Assembly: GCF_009914755.1 (NCBI RefSeq)
Contig: NC_060931.1
Length of the DNA stretch: 64,000 nt
Reading direction: 5' to 3' (one strand)
Source of the DNA: the human T2T-CHM13v2.0 reference genome, Homo sapiens
How positions within the stretch are numbered: position 1 is the stretch's first letter; each line of letters begins with the position of its first letter. The position numbers and the translations under genes were made by a program. The notes under the pieces are model-generated. The model was not told where the DNA came from. It was given only the letters and a program-made list of their open reading frames with translations, and ran no database searches. Positions 44,371 to 55,405 of this stretch are shown in pieces.

Positions 44371-47300
44371 CTATGAGTAAGAAAATATACATTTGCAGAA
44401 TGGACAAAACAATGTTTTCAAACTACTGAATTCAAAAAAATGTTTGAGTCTGCAAGATATATGCACACATCACAAATCAGTTTCTCTGAAAGCTTCTTTT
44501 TACTTTTTATCTGAAGATATTTCCTTTTTCAGCATAGACCTCAATTTGATCCTAAATATCCCTTCACAGATTCTACAAAAACAGTTTTTCCAAACTGCAG
44601 AATGAAAAGAAAGTTTTACATCTGTGAGATGAAAGCACTCATCACAAAACCATTTATCAGATAGCTTCTTTCTAGTTTTCATCTTGGGATAATCACTATT
44701 TCGCCATTGGCCTCATTGAGGTCCCAAATGTCCATTCCAAGAATGAACAAAAACAGCGTTTCCAAACTGCAGAATCCAAGAAAAGGTTTGCCTCTGTGAG
44801 ATGAAAGCAAACATCAAAAAGCAGTTTCTCAGAAAGTTTCTCTCTACTTTTTATCTGAAGGTGTTTCCTTTTTCACAATAGTCCTCAATTTGCTCCCAAA
44901 TATCCATTCACAGATTCTACCAAAACAGTGTTTCCAAACTACTTAATGAGAAGAATGTTTGAACCCTTCCAGATGAATGCACATATTACAAACCATTTTC
45001 TGAAATAGCTTCCATCTAGTTTTCATCCTGTGATGTTCACTTTTTTGCCTATTGCTTCAATGATCTCCAAAATGTCCATTTGCAGAATGGACAAAAACAG
45101 CGGTTCCAAATTGCTGAATCCAAAGACACTTTTAACTCTGTGAAATGAATGTATACATCACCAAGCAGTTTCAAGAAAAATTCTTTCTATGTTTTATTTG
45201 AAGATATTTCCTTTTTCACCTTAGGCCTCAATGCACTCCCAAATATCCCTTCACAGACTCTAACAAAACAGTGTTTCCAAATTGCTAAATGAATGGAAAT
45301 GTTTAACTTTGTGAGATGAATGCACACATCACAAAGCGGTTTTTCAGATAGTTTCCTTCTAGTTTTTATCCCGGGATATTCCCTTTTTCACTTTTGGCCT
45401 CAATGAGCTCCCAAATATTCCATCACAGATTCTACAAAAACAGTGTTTCCAAACTGCTGAATCTAAAGGAATGTTTACCTCTGCAAGATGAATGCACACA
45501 TCACAAAGCAGTTTCTAAGAGATCTTCTTTCTAGAGTTTATCTGAAGATATTTCCTTTTTCACCATAGGCCTCAATGTGCTGCCAAATATCCATTCACAG
45601 ATTCTACCAAACAGTGTTTCCAAACTGCTGAATGAAGAGAAAGTTTTAACTCTGCAAGATGAACGCAAGCAACAAAAAGCAGTTTCTCAGATAGGTTTCC
45701 TCCAGTTTTTAATCCTGGGATATTCGCTTTTTCACCAGTGGCCTCAATGAGATCCCAAACGTCCATTTGCAGAATAGACAAAAACAGTATTTCCTGACTG
45801 ATGAATCCAAAGAATGTTTTAACTCTGTGAGATGAATGCACACATCACAAAGGAGTTTCTCAGAAAATTTCTTTCTGGTTTTTATCTAAAAATAATTCCT
45901 TTTCCACCTTAGGCCTCAATGTGTTCCCAAAGAACCCCTCCAAGATTGTACCAAAACAGTTTTTCCAAGTGGCTGAATGAAAAGAAAGGCTTAACTCTGT
46001 GAGATGAATGTATACATTAAAAAGCAGTTTATCAGATAGCTTCCATATATTTTTATCCTAGGATACTCTCTTTTTTGCCATTGGCCTGATTGAGCTCCCT
46101 GAGGTCCACTAGCAGAATGGACAAAAACACTGTTTGAAAATTGCTGAATCCAAAGAAAGGTTTAATTTTGTGAGGTGAATGCTCACATCACAAAGCAGTT
46201 TCTCAGAAAGCTTCTTTCTTGTTTTTATCTGAAGATATTTCCTTTTTCACCATAGGCGTCAAAGAACTCCCAAGTATCCCTTCACAGATTCTACAAAAAC
46301 AGTGTTTCTGAACTGCTGAATGAAAAGAAAGGTTTAGCTCTGTGAGATGAATACACACATCACAATGTGGTTTCTCAGATAGCTTCCTTTTAGTTTTCAT
46401 CTGGGGATATTCTCTTCTTTGCCTTTGGCCTCAATGAGGTCCCAAATAACCCTTCGCAGATTATACAAAAACAGGGTTTACAAACTGCTGAATCCAAACA
46501 AAAATTTGCCTCTATGAGATGAATGCATACATCACAAAGTAGTTTCCCAGATAGCTTTCTTCTGGTTTTTATCCTGGGATATTCACTTTTTTATCATTGG
46601 TCTCCCAGATATCCCAAATGTCCATTCGCAGAATGGACAAAAAGAGTGTTTCCAAACTGCTGAATCAAAAGAAAGGTTTAACTCTATGAGAAGAATGCAC
46701 ACATCACAAATCAGTTTCTCAGAAATCTTCTTTCTAGTTTTTATCTGAAGAGGTTTCCTTATTCACCGTAAACCTCAATGAGCTCCCGAATATCCCATTG
46801 CAGATTTTACAAAAACAGTTTTTCCAAACTGCTGAATGAAAAGACAGTTTTAACTCTGTGAGGGAATGCACACGTCACAGAGGGGTTTCTCAGAGTGCTT
46901 CCTTCTAGTTTTGATGCAGGGATGTTCACTTTTTCACCATTGAACTCAATGAGTTCCAAAATGTTCATTCATAGAATGAAAAAACAGTGTTTCCAAACTT
47001 CTGAATCCAATGAAAGGTTTAACCCCATGAGATGAATGCACACATTACAAAGCAGTTTCTCAGAAAGCTTCTTTTCAGTTTTTATCTGAAGTTATTTCAT
47101 TTTCACCATAGGCCTCAACTCACACCCAAATATACCTTCGCAGATTCTACCAAAATTGTGTTTCCAAACTGCTGAAGGAACAGAAATGTTTAACTCTGTG
47201 AGATGAATGTACACAACACAAAGTGGTTTCTCAGATAGCTTCCTTCTAGTTTTTATCCTGGGATATTTGCTTTTTCACCATTGGGCTCAATGAGCTCCCA

Positions 47301-50300
47301 AATGTCCATTCACAGAATGGACAAAAAAAAATTTCCAAACTGCTGAATCAAAAGAAAGTTTTAACTCTGTGAGATGAATGCACACATCACAAAGCAGTTT
47401 CTTAGAAAGTTTCTTTCTACTTTTTATCTGAAAAGCTTTCCTTTCTCACCTTAGGCCTCAATGGGCTCCCAAATGTCCCATCACAGATTTTACAAAAACA
47501 GTGTTGCCAAACTACTGAATGAAAGGAAAGTTTCCACTTTGTGAGGTGAAATCACAAAGTGGTTTCTCAGAGGGATTCCTTCTAGTTTTAATGCTGGGAT
47601 ATATACTTTTTTGCCATTGGCCTCAATGAGCTCCCAAATGTAAATCTGCAGAATGGATGAAAACAGTGTTTCCCAACTGCTGAATCCAAAGGAAGTTTTA
47701 ACTCTATGAGATGAATGTACACATCACAAATCATGTTCTCAGAAAGCTTCTTTCTAGTTTTTATCTGAAGATATTTCCTTTATTAAAGTAGGCCTCAATG
47801 GGCTCCTAAATAACATTTCCCAGTTTCTACCAAAACAGTGTTTCCAGACTGCTGAATGAAAAAGAAGTTTTAACTCTGTGAGATGAATGCACACATCACA
47901 AAGTGGTTTCTCAGATAGCTTTCTTGTAGTTTTTATCCTGAGATATTTGCTTTTTCACCTTTGACCTCATTGTGCTCCCAAATATCTCTTTGAAGATTCT
48001 GCCAAAACAGTGTTTCCAAACTGCTAAATGAAAAGAAAGGTTTAACTCTGCAAGATGAATTCACACATCACCAAGTGGTTTCTCAGATAGCTTCCTTCTA
48101 GTTTTTATCCTGGGATATTCTCTTTTTCACCATTGGCCTCAATGTGCTCCATAATGTCAATTCACAGAATGGACAAAAATAATGTTTCCAAACTGCTGAA
48201 TCCAAAGAATTGTTTAACTCTCTGAGATGAATGCACACATCACAAAGCAGTTTCTCTGAAAGATTCTTTCTATTTTTTATCTGAAGATATTTCCTTTTTC
48301 TCTAAAGGCCTAAATGTGTGTCAAAATATCATTTCACAGATACTACCAAAACAGGTTTTCCAAACTGCTGATGCAAGATGAATGCAAGATGAATGCACAC
48401 ATCACTCAGTGGTTTCTCAGATACCTTCCTTCTAGTTTTTATCCTGGGATATTCACTTTTTCACCTTTGGCCTCAATGTGCTCCCAAATATCCCTTCACA
48501 GATTATACAAAAACAGTGTTTCTAAACTGATGAATCCAAAGAACTATTTAACTCTGTGAGATGAATGTACACATCACAAAGCAGTTTCTCAGAAAAATAC
48601 TTTTTAGTTTTTATCTGAACATATTTCCTTTTCCACACTAGACCTCAACGCGCTCCCAAATATGTCTTTGCATATTCTGCAAAAACAGTGTTTCCATACT
48701 GCTGAATGAAAAGTAATGTTTAACTTTGCAAGTTGAATGTACACATCACAAAGCAGTTTCTCAGATAGTTTCCTACAAGTTTTTATCGTGGGATATTTGC
48801 CTTTTCTCCATTGGCCTCTATAAGATCCCAAATGTCCTTTCCCAGAATGAACTAAAACAGTGTTTCCAAACTGCTAATGAAAAGAAAAGTTTAACTCTGG
48901 AGACCAATGCACACATCAAAAAGTGGTTTCTCAGAGAGATTCCTCCCATTTTATCTGGAATATTGGCTTATTTGCATTTGGCCTCAATTAGCTCCCAAAC
49001 ATCACTTTGCAGATTCTATAAAAACAGTGTTTCCAAACTGTTGAATCCAAAGAAATGTTTAACTCTGTAAAACATTTTTCTAGTATTTATGTGAAGATAT
49101 TTCTAGTATTTATGTGAACATATTTCCTTTTTCATGCTAGTCCTCAGTGTGCTCACAAATATCCCTTCACAGATTCTACAAAAACATGTAACTAACCTGC
49201 ACATTGTGCACATGTATGCTAAAACTTGAAGTATAATAATAATTAAAAAACAATAAAATATTTTCAAAAATAAAAAAATTAAAAAAACTTTTTTAAAACT
49301 GCTGAATGAAAAGTAAGGTTGATCCTTGTGAGATGAATTCTTACACCACAAAGCAGTTTCTCAGACAGCTTTCTACTAGTTTTTATCCTGGGATATTCAC
49401 TCTTTGGACATTGGCCACAATGAGCTCCAAAATGTCCATTTGCAGAATGTATAAAAACCGTGTTTCCAAACTGCTGAATTCAAAGAAAGATTCATCTCTC
49501 TGAGATGAATGCACACATCACAAAACAGTTTCTCAGAAAGCTTTTTTCCAGTTTTTATCTGAAGTTATTTCATTTTCACCATAGGTCTTGACACACTACA
49601 AAACATCCTTTGTCAGATTCTACCAAAATAGTGTTCCCTAACTGATGAATGAAAAGAAAGGGTTAACTCTGCAAGATGAATACACACATCACCAAGCAGT
49701 TTCTCAAATAGCTTACATCTGGTTTTTATCCTGGGATATTCTCTCCTTCCCAATTGGACTAAATGTGCTAAGTAATGTCAGTTCACAGAATGGACAAAAA
49801 CAGTGTTTCCAAACGGCTGAATCCTAAGAATTGTTTAACTCTGTGAGATGAATGCACAAATCACAAAGCAGTTTCTCAGAAAGATTCTCCATAGTTTTTA
49901 TCTGAGGATATTTCTTTTTTCTCAACTGGCCTCAACGAACGCCAAAATAACCCTTTGCAGATACTACAAAAACAGTGCTCCATAATGCTGAATGAAAAGA
50001 AATGTTCACCTCTGCGAGATGAATGTGCACTTCAGGATGTGATCTCTCAGATAGCTTCTTTCTAGTTTTTAGCCTGAGATATTTGCTTTTTCACCCTTGG
50101 CCTCAATGTGATCTCAAGTATCCCTTTGTAAATTATACAAAAACAGTGTTTCCAAACTGATGAATCCAAAGAAAAATCTAACTCTGTGAGACGAAGGTAC
50201 ACATCACAAAGCAGTTTCTCAGAAAGCTTATTTCTAGTTTCTATCTGAAGTTATTTACTTTTCCCCACTGGAACTCAGTGTGCCCCCAAATATGTCTTCA

Positions 50301-50351
50301 CAGATTCTACACAGCAGTGTTTCCAAACTGCTGAATGAAAAGAAAGTATTT
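44371..50351 (-). repeat. Alpha satellite block in inverted orientation (~35 monomers)
   Basis: Reads as the reverse complement (GAATGCACACATCACAAAGCAGTTTCTCAG, GATATTTCCTTTTTCACC) from ~44371 up to the L1 5' end. Confidence 0.96.
49186..49287 (+). mobile_element. Severely 5'-truncated L1 3' end with decayed poly(A), L1PA3-like
   Basis: ATGTAACTAACCTGCACATTGTGCACATGTATGCTAAAACTTGAAGTATAATAA followed by an A-rich tail. Probable short TSD AAAAAC (49180-49185 and 49283-49288). Confidence 0.88.
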
Positions 50352-50841
50352 GGGTGGTTTCAAGATGCATGAATACAAAAAGCTCCGGTCTACAGCTTCC
50401 AGCATGAGTGACGCAGAAGACGGATGATTTCTGCATTTCCAACTGAGATTGGAAGGCAGTAGTGGTTCTCCCAACACACAGCTTGAGATCAGAGAATGGA
50501 TCTCAAGTGGGTCCCTGACCCCCAAGTAGCCTAACTGGAAGGCAACCTAAAGTAGGGATGGAGTGACACCTCACACGACCAGGTACCCTTCTGAGACAAA
50601 ACTTTCAGAGGAATGATCAGGTAGCAACATTTGCTGTTCACCTATATTTGCTGTTGTGCAGCCTCCACTGCTGATACCCAGGCAAACAGGGTCTGGAGTG
50701 GACCTCCAGCAAACTCCAACAGACATGCAGCTGAGGGTTCTGACTGTTAGAAGGACAACTAACAAACAGAAAGGACATCCACACCAAAATCCCATCTGTA
50801 CGTAACCATCATCAAAGACCAAAATAGATAAAACCACAAAG

Positions 50842-51856
50842 ATGGGGCAAAAACAGAGCAGAAAATCTGAAAATTCTAAAAATCAGAACACTTCTTCTAC
50901 TCCAGAGGAACACAGTTCATCCCCAGGAATGGAACAAAGTTGGACAAAGAATGACTGACAAGTTGAGAGAAGAAGGCTTCAGATGATCAAACATCTCTGA
51001 GCTAAAGGAGGAAGTTCAAAACCATGGCAAAGATGTTAAAAACCTTGAAAAAAGATTAGACGAATGGCTAACTAGAATAACAAATGCAGAGAAGTCCTTT
51101 AAGGACCTGATGGAGTGGAAAACCGTGCCACAAGAACTACATGACGAATGCACAAGGTTCAGTAGCCGATTTGATCAACTGGAAGAAAGGGTATCAGTGA
51201 TGGAAGTTCAAATGAATGAAATGAAATGAGAAGAGAAGTTTAGAGAAAAAAAGGATAAAAGGATATGAACAAAGCCTCCAAGAAATATGGGACTATGTGA
51301 AAAGACCAAATCAACATCTGATTGGATTACCTGAGAGTGACAGGAAGAATGGAACCAAGTTGAAAGGCACTCTGTAGGATATTATCCAGGAGAACTTCCC
51401 CAATCTAGCAAGGCAGGCCAATATTCAAATTCAGGAAATACAGAGAATGCCACAAGATACTCCTCGAGAAGAGAAACTCCAAGACACCTAATTGTCAGAT
51501 TCATCAAAGTTGAAATGAAGGAAAAAATGTTAAGGACAGCCAGAGAGAAAGGTCGGGTTACCCACAAAGGGAAGCCCATCATACTAACAGCAGATCTCTT
51601 GGCAGAAATTCTACAAGCCAGAAGTGAGTAGGGGCCAATATTCAACATTCTTAAAGAGAAGAATTTTCAACCCAGAATTTCATACCCTGCAAAACTAAGC
51701 TTCATAAGTGAAGGAGAAATAAACTACTTTACAGAAAAGCAAATGCTGAGAGATTTTGTCACCTCTAGGCCTGCCCTACAAGAGCTCCTGAAGGAAGCAC
51801 TAAACATGGAAAGGAAAAATTGGTACCAGCCACAGGAAAAACATGCCAAACTGTAA
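50842..51856 (+). pseudogene. ORF1: L1 ORF1p, disrupted
   Basis: ATG at 50842, TAA at 51854-51856. Several stops (e.g. TAG 51375, TAG 51629) and indels. Confidence 0.9.
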
Positions 51857-51919
51857 AGATCATCGAGACTAGTAAGAAACTGAATCAACTAACAAGCAAA
51901 ATAACCAGCTAGCATCATA

Positions 51920-54900
51920 ATGACGGGATCAAATTCACACATAACAATAGTAACCTGAAATGTAAATGGGCTAAGTGCTCCAATTAAAACACACAGACTG
52001 GCAAATTGGATCAAAAGTCAAGACCCATCAGTGTGCTGTATTCAGGAAACCCATATCATGTGCAGAGACACACATAGGCTCAAAATAAAGGGACAGAAGA
52101 AGATCTACCAAGCAAATGGAAAACAAATAAAGGCAGGGGTTGCAATCCTAGTCTCTGATAAAACAGACTTTAAACTATCAAAGATCAAAAGAGACAAAAA
52201 AGGACATTACATAATGGTAAAGGGATCAATTCAGCAAAGCAGTGTGTAGAGGGAAATTTATAGCAGTAAATGTCCACAAGAGAAAGCAGGAAAGATCTAA
52301 AATTGACACCCTAACATCAGAACTAAAAGAACTAGAGAAGCAAAAGCAAACACATTCAAAAGCTAGCAGAAGGCAAGAAATAACTAAGACCAGAGCAGAA
52401 CTGAAGGAGATAGAGACACAAAAAACCCTTCAAAAAATCAATGAATCCAGGAGCTGGTTTTTTGAAAAGATCAACAAAATTGATAGACCACTAGCAAGAC
52501 TAATAAAGAAGAAAAGAGAGAAGAATCAAATAGATGCAATAAAAAATGATAAAGGGGATATCACCACGGATCCTACAGGAATACAAACCACCATCAGAGA
52601 ATACTATAAACACCTCTATGGAAATAAACAAGAAAATCTAGAAGAAATGGATAAATTCCTCGACACATACACCCTCCCAAGATTAAACAAGGAAGAAGTT
52701 GAATCTCTGAATAGATCAATAACAGGTCCTGAAACTGACACAATAATTCACAGCTTAACAACAAAAGAAGTCCAGGACCAGAGGGAGTCACAGCCAAATT
52801 CAACCAGAGGTACAAGGAGGAGCTGGTACCGCTCCATCTGAAAATATTCCAATCAATAGAAAAACAGGGAATCCTCCCTAACTCATTGTATGAGACTAGC
52901 ATTATCCTGATACCAAAGCCTGGCAGAGACACAACAAAAAAAGAGAATTTTAGGCCAATATTCCTGATGAATGTGGATGCAAAAATCCTCAATAAAATAC
53001 TGGCAAACAGAATCCAGCAGTATATCAAAAAGCTTATCCACCATGATCAAGTGGGCTTCAGCCCTGGGATGCAAGACTGGTTCAACATACACAAACAAAT
53101 AAACATAACAAAGCATATAAACAGAACCAAAGACAAAAACCACGTGATTATCTCAATAGACGCAGAAAAGGCTTATGACAAAAGTCAACAACATTTCATG
53201 CTAAAAACTCTCAATAAATTAGGTATTGATGGGACGTATCTCAAAATAATAAGAGCTATCTATGACAAACCCACAGCCAACATCATACCAAATGGGCAAA
53301 AACTGGAAGCATTCCCTTTGAAAGTGGGCACAAGACAGGGATGCCCTCTCTCACCACTACTATTCAACATAGTGTTGGAAGTTCTAGCCAGGGCAATCAG
53401 GCAGGAGAAGGAAATAAAGGGTATTCAGTTAGGAAAAGAGGAAGTCAAATTGTCCCTGTTTGCAGACGACATGACTGTATATCTAGAAAACCCCATTGTC
53501 TCAGCCCAAAATCTCCTTAAGCTGATAAGCAACTTCAGCAAAGTTTCAGCATACATAGTCAGTGGGCAAAAATCACAAGCATTCTTATACACCAATAACA
53601 GACAAACAGAGAGCCAAATCATGAGTGAACTCCCATTCACAATTGCTTCAAAGAGAATAAAATACCTAGGAATCCAACTTACAAGGGATGTGAAGGACCT
53701 CTTTAAGGAGAACTACAAACCACTGCTCAATGAAATAAAAGAGGATACAAACAAATGGAAGAATATTCCATGCTCATGGGTAGGAAAAATCAATATCATG
53801 AAAATGGCCATACTGCCCAAGGTAATTTACAGATTCAATGCCATCCCCATCAAGCTACCAATGACTTTCTTCACAGAACTGGAAAAAACTACTTTAAAGT
53901 TCATCTGAGATGAAAAAAGAGCCCACATCACCAAGTCAATCCTAAGCCAAAAGAACAAAGCTGGAGGTATCGTGCTACCTGACTTCAAACTATACTACAA
54001 GGCTATAGTAACCAAAACAGCATGGTACTGGTACCAAAACAGAGATATAGACCAATGGAACAGAACAGAGCCCTCAGAAATAATGAAACACATCTACAGC
54101 TATCTGATCTTTGACAAACCTGAGAAAAACAAGCAATGGGGAAAGGATTCCCTATTTAATAAATGGTGCTGGGAAAACTGGCTAGCCTTATGTAGAAAGC
54201 TGAAACTGGATCCCTTCCTTACACCTTATACAAAAATTAATTCAAGATGGATTAAAGACTTACATGTGAGACCTAAAACCATAAAAACCCTAGAAGCAAA
54301 CCTAGGCAATACCATTGAGGACATAGGCATGGGCAAGGACTTCATGTCTAAAACACCAAAAGCAATGGCAACAAAAGCCAAAATTGACAAATGGGTTCTA
54401 AGTAAACTAAAGAGCTTCTGCACAACAAAAGAAACTACCATCAGAATTAACAGGCAACCTACAGAATGGGAGAAAGTTTTTGCAATCTACTCATCTGACA
54501 AAGGGCTAATATCCAGAATCTACAATGAACTCAGACAAATTTACAAGAAAAAACAAACAACCCCATCAAAAAGCGGGTAAAGGATATAAACAGACACTTC
54601 TCAAAAGAAGACATTTATGCAGCCAAAAGACACATGAGAAAATGCTCATCATCACTGGCCATCAGAGAAATGCAAATCAAAACCAAAATGAGATACCATC
54701 TCACACCAGTTAGAAAGGTGATCATTAAAAAGTCAGGAAAGAACAGGTGCTGGAGAGGATGTGGAAGTATAGGAACACTCTCACAGTGTTGGTGGGACTG
54801 TAAACTAGTTCAAACGTTGTGGAAATCACTGTGGCTATTCCTCAGAGATCTAGAACTAGAAATACCATTTGACCCAACCATCCCATTACTGGGTATATAC

Positions 54901-55188
54901 CCAAAGGATTATAAATCATGCTGCTATAAAGACACATGCACACGTATGTTTATTGTGGCACCATTCACAACAGCAAAGACTTGGAATCAAGCCAAATGTC
55001 CAACAATGATAGACTGGACCAAGAAAATATGGCACATATACACCATGGAATACTATGCAGCCATAAAAAATGAAGAGTTCACGTCCTTTGTAGGGCCATG
55101 GATGAAGCTGGAAACCATCATTCTCAGCAAACTATCACAAGGACAAAAAACCCAACACTGCATGTTGTCACTCATAGGTGGGAATTGA
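51920..55188 (+). pseudogene. ORF2: L1 ORF2p, disrupted, ~557-bp endonuclease deletion
   Basis: ORF-track fragments include RT LFADD. The junction GGATCAATTCAGCAA|AGCAGTGTG near 52237 skips the second half of EN. Confidence 0.9.
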
Positions 55189-55405
55189 ACAATGAGAACA
55201 CATGGACACAGGAAGGGGAACATCACACACCAGGGCCTGTTGTGGGGTAGGGATGGGGGGAGGGATAGCATTTGGAGGCATACCTAATGTTAAATAACTA
55301 GTTAATGGGTGCAGCACATCAACATGGCACATTTATACATATGTAAGAAACCTGCACTTTGTGCACATGTACCCTAAAACTTAAAGTACAATAAAAAAAT
55401 TTAAA

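Larger units (their letters stand above)
50352..55405 (+). mobile_element. LINE-1, L1PA5-like, with spliced 5'UTR and internal ORF2 deletion
   Basis: Starts GGGTGGTTTCAAGATG; 5'UTR junction at 50447/50448; keeps the ~128-bp older 5'UTR segment. 3'UTR has GGCCTGTTG and AATGTTAAAT, then poly(A). No TSD shared by its immediate flanks. Confidence 0.92.

Noticed and set aside
44371-44390. CTATGAGTAAGAAAAT as an inverted L1 3'UTR fragment (twin-priming remnant)
   Set aside because: It also aligns in register to reverse alpha consensus CAATGAGCTCCCAAATGTCC and is too short to assign.
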